This document shows positions 48,130 through 57,554 of a stretch of DNA of 64,000 nt, piece by piece. Origin of the DNA: a bacterium (GTDB lineage Bacteria; UBA8248); assembly GCA_965202625.1 (NCBI GenBank), contig CBDBBI010000010.1, forward strand, positions 1,632,001-1,696,000, given 5' to 3'. The position numbers and the translations under genes were made by a program. Within the stretch, counting starts at the first letter, position 1. The number at the start of each line of letters is the position of its first letter. The notes beneath the pieces are model-generated. The model was given only the letters and a program-made list of their open reading frames with translations, did not search any database and was not told the DNA's origin.

Positions 48130-48873
48130 TCACACGATGCTCAAACCACCGTCAAGCGCCAGAACCTGGCCCGTCATGTAAGAGGATCGGGACGTGGCCA
48201 AATACAGAATCGCGTCCAAGATTTCATCGACCCTCCCAAACCTTCCCATAGGAGACTTTCGGTAGCGCTCCGCCAGATTACCGGGGCCGCCATCTCCTCG
48301 GGCTTCTCTCAGCTTCGTTAGAACCGGGCCCGCCGCTATGGCGTTGACTCGAACGCCCGCATCCGCCAATTCGACCGCCAACGCGCGCGTAAGCGCCTCG
48401 ACGCCGCCTTTCACAGCGACGTACACTACGCGCTCCCTGGCCGGCGTACGCACGTAGAAGCTCGACATGTTGACGATGGCCCCACCGCCGCGCTTTCCCA
48501 TCTCCTCCGCCGCGCGCCGTGCGCACAGGATGTTGCCCTTAAGCCCCACGGCCAACGCCGCGTCAATCGTGCGCTCCTCGACATCCGCCAGAGGGCCGTT
48601 CCCTCGAATCACGGCGCAGTTGATCAAAACGTCCACGCCGCCGAATTTCCCGACCGCCGCGTCAAAAGCACCCTCAACCCCTGACACGTTCGAGACGTCC
48701 GCCCACACCCCGAGGATGGCACCGTTCGCTCCCCTTTCAAGTCGCCGCAGTCCATTCTCTTCGATGTCCACGGCCGCCACGTTCGCGCCCATTCCCGCGA
48801 ATCGCCGCGCGGCTTCCGCGCCGATTCCCTGGGCCGCGCCCGTGATCACGACGACCTTCCCTCTCAGTTCCAT
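48130..48873 (-). CDS. Short-chain dehydrogenase/reductase
   Basis: ITGAAQGIG, INCA, YVAVKG (YxxxK), VRVNAI, YMTGQ..DGG. Confidence 0.92.
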   Translation of the reverse strand: MELRGKVVVITGAAQGIGAEAARRFAGMGANVAAVDIEENGLRRLERGANGAILGVWADVSNVSGVEGAFDAAVGKFGGVDVLINCAVIRGNGPLADVEERTIDAALAVGLKGNILCARRAAEEMGKRGGGAIVNMSSFYVRTPARERVVYVAVKGGVEALTRALAVELADAGVRVNAIAAGPVLTKLREARGDGGPGNLAERYRKSPMGRFGRVDEILDAILYLATSRSSYMTGQVLALDGGLSIV

Positions 48874-48917
48874 ATCGGCTTCCTCACCATCCCCCACAAG
48901 AGGAGAGACGCCCTCAC

Positions 48918-49908
48918 TCACAGCGAGACCACCCCCCTGCCCCGCAAAATTTCGATCCGCGTCCCCAGGTTCTCTGAGAGCGTCTTGAGAGTGGCCAAGA
49001 TTTCAACCGCTTTCGGCTCTCCCTCGGCGAGGATTCGGGGCCCGCCGTCCTCCTCGATCAACACGGGCGCGAACGACGCTCGGCGGAGCGTTCCTCCGCG
49101 AAGGTTTATCTTCAGGCAAATCGACTCGCGAGCGGTGGGCATGAACATCGGATGGTCATGATCGAGAACAAAGTTGCCCAAGGCGTAAAAAAGCGGGCCG
49201 GTCTTGATACACCTCGATCCCTTGCAGAATGTGGGGATGATGACCGACGACGACGTCCACCCCCGCCTCGACGGCCGCGTGGGCGACGGCGCGTTGGGAA
49301 AGCGTGAGCGTTCGGCTTTGGCTCACTCCCCAGTGGAACGACGCCAGAAGAAAATCGACGCTCAGCCGCGCACGTTCAACGTCGGCGACCATCGCCTCCA
49401 CGTCCTCCTCGTTCACGTAAGGAGGACCATAGAGAGCGTCCTGTCGGATGGGGGCGACGCCCGGCTTCTCAGGACCCGCCCCCCAGCCCAGCGGTAGCTC
49501 GAGCACATAGGACAAAAAACCATATCGTACGCTCCCGCGCTCAATGACTGCGGGCGCGCGCGCCTCGTGAATGTTTCTGCCCGCGCCTGAGTACGCGATC
49601 CCGCTGCGCTCAAGCAACTCCATCGTTTCGACGAAAGGCGCGACTCCGTAGTCCATTCAATGGTTGCTGGCGAACGCCAATGCGTCGAAGCCTCCCGCGA
49701 GATAGCCTCGAATCATGTCCGGGCGATGACGCATCACGATCTTCGCGCTCAACGCCTCTCCGAGATGGGACATCGACGCCTCTAGTCCGCCAAAGCGTAG
49801 GTCAGCCTCCCCCAGAAAAGAAGCGACCTTTGAAAAGGTATTCTGCGGGTCAGGGCGATCGATCTCCATGTCACCCACCACGACGAGCGTGGACTCGCCA
49901 TCCGCCAA
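48918..49908 (-). CDS. CapA/PGA_cap-family metallophosphoesterase interrupted by an in-frame TGA (49657-59, candidate Sec) and a +1 frameshift near 49190
   Basis: Three ORF pieces join into one ~329-aa protein: VVGDM, GLE, ASNH*MDYG, GAG.N..EAR, FHWG, GHHPH.LQGIE.Y, [frameshift] YALGNF. Confidence 0.8.
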
Positions 49909-50047
49909 ATCGCGCGCCTCGCTCCGCAATCGCCACTCCCATTCACAAAATATCGCGCGTCTCGCCACTCACCATCCAGAACGGACACCGTCGGCCGCGC
50001 GCCAAAACCCCAAAATCATCACATGAAAACCGTACGCGAGAGAGTCT

Positions 50048-50959
50048 CTATTTTTTCCTCTCCCGATCCAGATACGACAGATAAACCGCTGCGCTATCCA
50101 GCTCTCCATACCCCGCACGCGCCCCCTCCCTGAATATCGGTGCGCACGCACGGCCAACAGGCGTCACGGCCCCTTTTCTCCTCGCCTGCAAAAGGCCAAG
50201 CCCGATGTCCTTGAGAATGACGTTCAAGGTACTCAAGGGTCGGCGATACCGCCCGCGCAACATTTTTCCTCCATGGGTGTGGAGCATCCTCCATTCACCC
50301 GCGCGGCTCCTGGCGAGCGCGTCGAACAAGAAGCCTTTCGCGAATCCGCTGCGCACCCCCAGCCTGAGGGTCTCGGCGATGACGCAACGCCCCATGGAGG
50401 TCAGATAGTTCACGACCACCTTCATGGCGGCTCCGGAACCTGATGGCCCGCAATATATCTGATCGGAGAGCATCGTCTCCAAAAGCGGCACCACCTCGTC
50501 GTAGGCCCTCCTCTCCCCGCCGACGAGAAACAAGCCCTCTCGCTCAGCCACGTAGCCGCTGTTGCCGCTCACGCACGCATCCAGATATGAAATTCCCTTT
50601 CCGAGACACAGCGCGGCGTGTTTTTTCGAGTCCTCCGGATCCGCCGTCGTCGTGTCGAGCACCACCTCGGGCACCAACTCAGGAGAACAGGCGAGATAAC
50701 CATTCCTCCCGCGCGCGATCTGCAAAGAGGTTTTCGAGTCGGGAACAGAGATGAACACGACGTCGGCGGCTTCCGCAACGGCGCGGGGCGTCTCAAGCAC
50801 ACCTCCTCCCAAACGCCTGAATTTTCGCATCGCCGCCGCTCGCGCGTCGGTTCCCACGAGACGACGTCCATCGGCGATGAGATTCTTGGAAAACGCCTGG
50901 CCCATGAGGCCCAAGCCGATGAAGCCGATGATTTTTTTCCCACTCTTTTTTGTGGACAT
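50048..50959 (-). CDS. Beta-hydroxyacid dehydrogenase family protein
   Basis: IGFIGLGLMG, LDACVSG, MKVVVN, KDI. Confidence 0.9.
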   Translation of the reverse strand: MSTKKSGKKIIGFIGLGLMGQAFSKNLIADGRRLVGTDARAAAMRKFRRLGGGVLETPRAVAEAADVVFISVPDSKTSLQIARGRNGYLACSPELVPEVVLDTTTADPEDSKKHAALCLGKGISYLDACVSGNSGYVAEREGLFLVGGERRAYDEVVPLLETMLSDQIYCGPSGSGAAMKVVVNYLTSMGRCVIAETLRLGVRSGFAKGFLFDALARSRAGEWRMLHTHGGKMLRGRYRRPLSTLNVILKDIGLGLLQARRKGAVTPVGRACAPIFREGARAGYGELDSAAVYLSYLDRERKK

Positions 50960-51012
50960 CTTTCATCTCTCCTTCAACTGGGAATGAGAAAGCACGAAGG
51001 AGAGAACGGGGT

Positions 51013-51756
51013 CTACTCGCTTACGAGCTCCACGCTGTATTTATGCTGGTCTCCGCGATAATAGATCTGGGAGAACTCGACGGGATCGCCGCTCTTGCTG
51101 TGGACGAAGGTTTCCACGTACAAAACTGGCTCTAGGACGCCGATGGAGAGATGGCGCGCAACGTCACTCTCCGCGACCCGCGCCTCAAACGTCTGGTGAA
51201 TCTTGCCAAGGGGAACGCGCAGTCGATTTTTGATGATGTGAATCATACTGTGCACGCGAGCGTCTTCGCGCGTGATGTTTTCGGCGAGCATTTTGGGCAA
51301 ATAGTTCATCACGTAGCAAAAGGGCGTTTTCTCGGTCATCCTCAGACGCCGGATTCTCGTTAACGTTCCTCCGTTTTCCATGCGAAAGAATTTCTCCATG
51401 CGCGGAGACGCTTCCACGTCCTCGATCGATATGATACGTCTCGCCTCGCCGCCGGCGTCCTCCTCCCAGATGGTGCCGGTGAGGTGAATCGTTTTCGGCC
51501 GCACACCCGCGCCATTCACAAACGTACCCTTGCGGCGCGCCCGCGTCACGAGTCCTTCCTTCTCCAAAATGGAAAGTGCTTGCCGAAGGGTGACCCGGCT
51601 GACGCCGAAATGCTTGGAGAGGTCCAGCTCCCGGGGCAGTTTCATCCCCGGAATCAATTCCCCATGTTCGATTTTCCAACGTAAAAGACTGGCGATTTGG
51701 TAATAATAGGGGATGAATTCATTCGAAAACGGTTTTTCTGCAGTCAACTCCCGCAT
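51013..51756 (-). CDS. GntR-family regulator (HutC/UTRA subfamily)
   Basis: PYYYQIA, LPRE.DL..FGVSRVTLRQAL..L..EG...R.KGTFV; UTRA end VEFSQIYYRGD. Confidence 0.93.
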   Translation of the reverse strand: MRELTAEKPFSNEFIPYYYQIASLLRWKIEHGELIPGMKLPRELDLSKHFGVSRVTLRQALSILEKEGLVTRARRKGTFVNGAGVRPKTIHLTGTIWEEDAGGEARRIISIEDVEASPRMEKFFRMENGGTLTRIRRLRMTEKTPFCYVMNYLPKMLAENITREDARVHSMIHIIKNRLRVPLGKIHQTFEARVAESDVARHLSIGVLEPVLYVETFVHSKSGDPVEFSQIYYRGDQHKYSVELVSE

Positions 51757-51897
51757 TGCTCTCTCACCTTCAAAAAACGAACGTCAACGAAACTTCGACC
51801 TCAAGCGAGGCCCCTTCAAGTCTGCCGCATAGAAACTTCCCTGAAGATGCTCCCCATGTCCCCAAAACGCAAAAAGGAAAAGAGAACTTGCGATTGT

Positions 51898-51923
51898 TAA
51901 TGGTATTATCTATAATACTATTA
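51898..51923. promoter_or_regulatory. Candidate GntR operator in a divergent promoter region
   Basis: TAATGGTATTAT-CT-ATAATACTATTA: 12-bp arms with one mismatch, overlapping a TATAAT hexamer. Confidence 0.6.
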
Positions 51924-52034
51924 TATTAAACGTCAACTGCCTATTCTCCGTTTCCATTGATGCGCAGAGGGAGTTGTTTTCAGTGATTCAGGGAACGATG
52001 AGGCCCTTTCTTTCGCTTTGAGGCGGGTTTTTGA

Positions 52035-52787
52035 ATGAAACTAAAAGGGCGCGTCGCACTCGTTACCGGCGCAACACGCGGAATCGGCAAAGCCATCGCC
52101 TCCGCGTTGGCGCACACTGGCGCTTCGGTCGCCGTGCACTACCATATGGATGGGGCGGCGGCACAAGACGTAGTGAGAAACATTCGAGCAGAAGGCGGCA
52201 GGGCGTTCAGAGTCCGTGCCGACGTGAGCCGGCGCGAAGAGGTGGAGAACATGCGCGAAGAATGCGAGCGGGAGACGGGAGGCGTCGATATTCTCGTCAA
52301 CAACGCGCGGCGACTGGTGAGGGGCAGGGGTTTTATGGAGATGAGTTGGGAGGAGGATTACGACCCCCAAATACAGGTAATGCTCAAAGGCGCTTTCCAT
52401 TGCTGCCAGGCAGTGTTGCCAGGCATGCGCGACAGAGGCTGGGGTCGCATCGTCAACGTCCTCTCCACCGTCCTTGGCGAGAGGCGGGCGCACACGAATT
52501 CCTATGGCGCGGTCAAGTCGGCCCTCATGTACTTCTCGCAAAACCTTGCCGTCGAAATGGGACCCTACGGAATCACGGTCAACATGGTTTCGCCGGGCCT
52601 CACCGAAACGGAGCGGCCCATCCTCCATGCGGAAGATTATCAAAGAAAATACGTTGCCGACGTTCCGATGAGGCGCCTAGCGCGCCCAGAGGACGTCAGC
52701 GGCGCCGCGGTGTTCTTTTGCAGCGATGAGGCTGCCTATGTGACGGGGGTCAACATGGCTGTCTCGGGCGGAAAGGTGATCTTTTAA
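52035..52787 (+). CDS. Short-chain dehydrogenase/reductase (FabG-like)
   Basis: VTGATRGIG, LVNNA, YGAVKS, VNMVSPG. Confidence 0.92.
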   Translation: MKLKGRVALVTGATRGIGKAIASALAHTGASVAVHYHMDGAAAQDVVRNIRAEGGRAFRVRADVSRREEVENMREECERETGGVDILVNNARRLVRGRGFMEMSWEEDYDPQIQVMLKGAFHCCQAVLPGMRDRGWGRIVNVLSTVLGERRAHTNSYGAVKSALMYFSQNLAVEMGPYGITVNMVSPGLTETERPILHAEDYQRKYVADVPMRRLARPEDVSGAAVFFCSDEAAYVTGVNMAVSGGKVIF

Positions 52788-52819
52788 CGACGCGAGAGCA
52801 GATCAGGAGGACGCGAAAA

Positions 52820-53962
52820 TTGGGGCTATCAATCAAAGAACGCGATCGTCGCCATGCAAACATCAGAGCGCGGATGGAGAGCGAGGGTCTGGACGTCCTC
52901 TTCGTCTACGGGAACAGCGGCCGCCAGGGGCCGCGCTCTGGGAATCTAGCCTACGTCAGCAATTTCATCTCGTTTTCCGGGCAACAAATTCTGGTTTTCC
53001 CGCGCGAGGCGGAACCCGTCCTGTTCGTGGGGGTGGAGAACCAACGAATCGAGTCCTTGAGAAACGGCTGGATTTCCGACACCCGCTGCGAGGCCATGGC
53101 GCCCGTTCCAACCCAAGCGTCCCGCTATGTGAACGAAATCTCCACCTCCAGCGCGAGAATCGGCATTTCCTCTCTCGCCACCATCCCCGTGGCCTGGTAT
53201 CAGCAGCTCCAAGATCAGGTGAGGACGAAACAATGGGTGGAGGCGGGCGACCTGATCTGGGAGTTGCGTCTAGTGCAGAGCGAAGAGGAGATCAGCATGT
53301 CGCGCCACGCGGCCGCGCTTGGCGACAGGGTGTGGGATCATCTCCGAGACTTCGTTCACGAAGGCGTGACGGAACTCGATATCCGGGCGGAGATGGACCG
53401 GGTGATCATCCCCGAGGGCGGGACAGAAAACTTCAACATGATGGGCCTAGGGAGTATGTCCAACGGCGGCGAGTCGCCCTGGGGCTACGTCATCCCCCAA
53501 ACCGATCGTCCCATCAGGCGGGGCGACGCCGTCCTGCTGGAGATTTCCCCACGCGTCCAGGGATATTGGAACCAGATCGTACGGGTTCTTGCATTGGGCG
53601 AGCCGGAGAAGTGGCTTATTGACGCCCACCAAATTGTGCGGGAGGCGCGCGACGCTTCGCTGGAGCACCTCAAGCCGGGAGAACCGATGGTGGGCATGGT
53701 CAAGGCGATGAACGAGGTTTTCAGGAAGCACGGGCGTGAAGTATGGCCTTATGGCTTGGTTCACCTCACGGGCCTAGACCTCACGGATTACATGATCACG
53801 CCGGTATCTGAGGGAGAGATAACCCCCGGAATGGTGGTGACGACGCATCCCATGTTCAACCTAGGGGTCAATCGTCAGATATTCTGGGGGGAAACCTATG
53901 TGGTCACGGACGATGGCTATGAACCATTGAACAAAAGTCCGGATGCGTTGGCTTGTCTGTGA
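52820..53962 (+). CDS. M24 (pita-bread fold) protein with altered metal ligands; creatinase-like
   Basis: N-terminal creatinase-like domain, R.V.SEEEI, LLEIS..GYWNQIVR, HLTGLD, HP, GETYVVT. Confidence 0.82.
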   Translation: MGLSIKERDRRHANIRARMESEGLDVLFVYGNSGRQGPRSGNLAYVSNFISFSGQQILVFPREAEPVLFVGVENQRIESLRNGWISDTRCEAMAPVPTQASRYVNEISTSSARIGISSLATIPVAWYQQLQDQVRTKQWVEAGDLIWELRLVQSEEEISMSRHAAALGDRVWDHLRDFVHEGVTELDIRAEMDRVIIPEGGTENFNMMGLGSMSNGGESPWGYVIPQTDRPIRRGDAVLLEISPRVQGYWNQIVRVLALGEPEKWLIDAHQIVREARDASLEHLKPGEPMVGMVKAMNEVFRKHGREVWPYGLVHLTGLDLTDYMITPVSEGEITPGMVVTTHPMFNLGVNRQIFWGETYVVTDDGYEPLNKSPDALACL

Positions 53963-53999
53963 AAATTTTTTAATTCTTACCCAAAGGGAGGAATTCGAG

Positions 54000-55514
54000 A
54001 TGAGGAGATATGGGCTTTGGATGCTCGTTTGGGTGTTGTTGTTGCTTCCCGCGAGTGCGAAAGCGGCACCGACGGGAAAGGTAGTGTTGGGCATGGCGGG
54101 CTCCTTGACCACGTTTGATCCGCACACCTTCAGTTCCTTACCACTATCGATGCACCACCCGAACGTTTTCGAGACGCTGCTCAGCCGGGCACCTGACGGT
54201 TCCATGAGGAGCCAACTCGCCGAGAGCTACACAATGGTGAGTCCCAAGGTGTGGGAGTTCAAGATTCGCAAGGGAGTGAAATTCAGCAATGGAGACGCGC
54301 TGGACGCGGAGGCCGTGAAGTTCAGTTTCGAGCGGATTCTCGACCCGAAAATGAAGTCGAGGCAATATCGCTATTTCAAGAGCATCGCGAGCGTGGAGGT
54401 GGTCGACGACCATACGGTTCGGATTCACACGAAAGAACCGGACCCCATGCTCCCACCCTTTATGGCGATCTACGGCTTCATCGTGCCGCCGAAGTATTAC
54501 AAGAAACACGAGAAAAAATATCTCTCCCGCCATCCGGTGGGCAGCGGCCCATTCGTGATGAAGAAATGGCGAAAAGGTCAGGAAGTCGTCTACGAGGCCA
54601 ACCCCAACGCCTGGCGAAAGCCCAAGGTGAAGACGGCGGTCGTGAAATTCATCCCTGAGTCCACCACGCGTGTCTCCGCGCTCATATCGGGCGACGTCGA
54701 CATCATCGACAACCTGCCCCCGGGGCTGAGCGACCGGGTACAGGCGAGCGGCAAAACACGCGTCATCGCCAAGCAATCGCCGCGCACCAACTACATCCTG
54801 ATGGTGATCAAAGAGGGCGCGCCCTGGACGGACGTGAGAGTCCGCAAGGCCATGAACTTGGCGATTGACCGCAACGCCATCACCAAGAACGTGATGATGG
54901 GCTTCGCCAAGCCGGTGGCGATAATTCAAGGCCCCGCCAGCTTCGGCTACAACCCGGAGCTCGAACCCTACCCCTATGACCCCGCCCAGGCGAAGAAACT
55001 GCTTGCCGAGGCCGGATACCCGAAAGGATTTTCCTTTGACGTGTATATTCCCCGTGGGCGCTTCATGATGGGCAAAGAGGCACTTGAGGGCATCGCCGGC
55101 CAGTGGGCACAGGTGGGGCTCAGGGCGAACGTTCGCGTGATGGAATGGGGCGCGATGAAAAAGATTATATTCAGCAAGTACAAAGAAAACGTGAAACCGT
55201 TTTTGTACTATCTGGCGCGAATGAACACGGCGTTCAGTGCCGAGCACATGTTCGCCGGTGCGATCAGCAGCCGCTCGGCCTACGGCGGATTCCGTGACAA
55301 GGCGGTGGACATGATGATAAACGACGCGCGCGCCACCCTGGAGAATAAGACGAGGGAGAAGAAATATCAGGAGATCGCCCGCGTTCTGCGGGACGAGAAG
55401 GTACCGATCATTCCGCTGTATCAGACTTTCCGCATATTCGGCGCCAACATGAAAATCGACTGGCAACCGCGTGCCGACGGGAAATTGATAGCCGCTGAGG
55501 TCGGCTTCAAGTGA
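54000..55514 (+). CDS. ABC peptide/nickel-type substrate-binding protein (SBP family 5)
   Basis: Signal peptide (AKA), FDPH, LAES, RKGVKFSNG, PVGSGPF, DVRVRKA..AIDR, YDP..AKKLLAEAG. Confidence 0.93.
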   Translation: MRRYGLWMLVWVLLLLPASAKAAPTGKVVLGMAGSLTTFDPHTFSSLPLSMHHPNVFETLLSRAPDGSMRSQLAESYTMVSPKVWEFKIRKGVKFSNGDALDAEAVKFSFERILDPKMKSRQYRYFKSIASVEVVDDHTVRIHTKEPDPMLPPFMAIYGFIVPPKYYKKHEKKYLSRHPVGSGPFVMKKWRKGQEVVYEANPNAWRKPKVKTAVVKFIPESTTRVSALISGDVDIIDNLPPGLSDRVQASGKTRVIAKQSPRTNYILMVIKEGAPWTDVRVRKAMNLAIDRNAITKNVMMGFAKPVAIIQGPASFGYNPELEPYPYDPAQAKKLLAEAGYPKGFSFDVYIPRGRFMMGKEALEGIAGQWAQVGLRANVRVMEWGAMKKIIFSKYKENVKPFLYYLARMNTAFSAEHMFAGAISSRSAYGGFRDKAVDMMINDARATLENKTREKKYQEIARVLRDEKVPIIPLYQTFRIFGANMKIDWQPRADGKLIAAEVGFK

Positions 55515-55698
55515 GGTCCGACGACTTCAAGTTCAGGAGACGCTCCGGCCAAGGGTGGGAATAGACTTCGTCCTGGCCAACGCCATCATGAGAACAAGGC
55601 GCGTCCCCGCCGCCAAAGCAGCCGTCGATGGGGCGCGTCTCCGGCGAAGCGGACCTCGTTGCCGCAAGAAGCATTCCTCACTCTGAGGCAGCTTTTAG

Positions 55699-56616
55699 AT
55701 GGCTAGGTATGTTTGCAAGCGCTCGATTCAGGCGATAGCCCTCATCAAGTGCGTCATGGTCATCGTGTTTTTTCTCCTTCACATGACGGGCGACCCCGTC
55801 GTGGTGATGCTTGACATGGACGCGACCCAGGAGGACATCGATCACCTAAGAAAACTCATGGGCTTCGACCAGCCGCTCTACGTCCAGTACGCGCGCTTTT
55901 TCCTGAACGCCTTGCAGGGGGATTTCGGCGAATCCACCGAACACGGCGAATCGGCCATGGGGCTTGTTCTGGAGCATTTTCCGGCGACGATAGAGATGGC
56001 CGGCGGAGCCTTCGCCTTCGCCGTGCTCATCGGTATTCCTTTTGGCTGCCTAGCCGCTTTCAAGGAAGGGTCGATTTACGACAAAAGCTGCGTCGGCGTC
56101 ACAGTGCTGATCCAGGCGATCCCCGATTTTTGGCTGGCGATCATGTTCATCATGTTCTTCTCCGTAACGCTGGGGCTTTTGCCCTCTTTCGGTCGCGGCG
56201 GTTGGGATCATTTCATAATGCCGGCCTTCGTCGCATCCACGTATCACCTCGCCCGCCTAGCGAGACTGATGCGCTCCCAAATGCTCGAGGTGATGCGTCA
56301 GGACTACATCACGACGGCGCGCGCGAAGGGGCTGAGCGAAAAAATCGTGCTCATGGTTCACGCCCTCAAGAACTCATCCATTCCCATCGTCACCGTCATG
56401 GGGCTGGATTTGGGAATACTCCTTGGGGGAACGGTGATCATCGAGGTAGTCTTCGCCTGGCCAGGAGTCGGACGTCTGGTGGTCGAGGCGATAGCGAACC
56501 GCGATTTTCCGATCGTCCAGTCCGCCGTGTTCATCCTGGCGTCCGGGTTCGTGCTCATCAATTTGACGGTGGACCTCGTCTACGCTTATCTAGACCCTAG
56601 GATTTCATACGAATGA
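55699..56616 (+). CDS. ABC peptide permease (DppB-like)
   Basis: GDP, GFDQPL.VQY, DYITTARAKG, HALKN, E.VFAWPG.G, YAYLDPRI. Confidence 0.93.
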   Translation: MARYVCKRSIQAIALIKCVMVIVFFLLHMTGDPVVVMLDMDATQEDIDHLRKLMGFDQPLYVQYARFFLNALQGDFGESTEHGESAMGLVLEHFPATIEMAGGAFAFAVLIGIPFGCLAAFKEGSIYDKSCVGVTVLIQAIPDFWLAIMFIMFFSVTLGLLPSFGRGGWDHFIMPAFVASTYHLARLARLMRSQMLEVMRQDYITTARAKGLSEKIVLMVHALKNSSIPIVTVMGLDLGILLGGTVIIEVVFAWPGVGRLVVEAIANRDFPIVQSAVFILASGFVLINLTVDLVYAYLDPRISYE

Positions 56617-56624
56617 GACAATAG

Positions 56625-57518
56625 ATGCCCCTCGTCCAAGAGTCGGCCGATTGCGAGGAACTGCCCGAGCGCGCAAGGGTATGGGAATCCCTGCGAAAGG
56701 ATAAATCCGCCCTCCTCGGCTGTGCGATTCTGGCATCCGTGGTGATGATGGCGGTATTCGCCCCCCTCATCGCACCGATGGACCCGCAGGCACAACTCCT
56801 GAGCCGAAACCTCAAGCCGCCCCTTTGGTCGGACGGCGAGAAAATCTTTCTCCTCGGCACGGACCATCTGGGCCGAGACTTCCTGAGCCGGTTGATCTAC
56901 GGCGCGCGCATCTCTCTCATGGTCGGCTTCTTCGCCGTCCTGCTCACAGGATGCTTCGGGCTTTTCGTCGGCTTGGTGTCCGGGTATTTTGGCGGGAAAG
57001 TGGATTTTCTGCTTATGCGACTCGTGGACTTGGTTCTCTCCTTTCCGTTCATATTGCTGGCACTCGCGACCATCGCCATCGTGGGACCGAGCCTGGTCGT
57101 GCTGATCCTGGTGATGTCGATGCGCATCTGGGTCATCTACGCTCGCGTCGTGCGCGGCGAGGTGCTCACGCTGCGCGAGCAGGAGTTCGTTCAGGCCGCG
57201 CGGAGCATCGGCGGCAGCCATTTTCGCGTCATCGTTCGCCACATTCTTCCGAACGTCTTAGCACCCGTCATTATCATCGCCTCTCTATATCTGGGTCGGA
57301 TGATCATTATTGAGGCAGGTTTGAGCTTTCTCGGTCTGGGCGTCCCCCCGCCTACGCCCACATGGGGCGGTTTGCTCAGCGACGGGAAGGTGCACCTCTA
57401 TACCTCCTGGTGGGTCGTCACCCTGCCCGGCTTGGCCATCACGGTGACGGTTCTGGGAGCAAACCTGGTCGGCGACTGGCTCAGAAACGCGCTGGACCCC
57501 CGCTTGAAATCGGTGTGA
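56625..57518 (+). CDS. ABC peptide permease (DppC-like)
   Basis: LGTDHLGRD, GARISL, EFVQAAR, HILPN, LSFLGLG, PTWG, GDWLR.ALDP. Confidence 0.93.
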   Translation: MPLVQESADCEELPERARVWESLRKDKSALLGCAILASVVMMAVFAPLIAPMDPQAQLLSRNLKPPLWSDGEKIFLLGTDHLGRDFLSRLIYGARISLMVGFFAVLLTGCFGLFVGLVSGYFGGKVDFLLMRLVDLVLSFPFILLALATIAIVGPSLVVLILVMSMRIWVIYARVVRGEVLTLREQEFVQAARSIGGSHFRVIVRHILPNVLAPVIIIASLYLGRMIIIEAGLSFLGLGVPPPTPTWGGLLSDGKVHLYTSWWVVTLPGLAITVTVLGANLVGDWLRNALDPRLKSV

Positions 57519-57554
57519 GTTTTGAAGAGATGAAGAGATAAGGAGAAAAACCCG

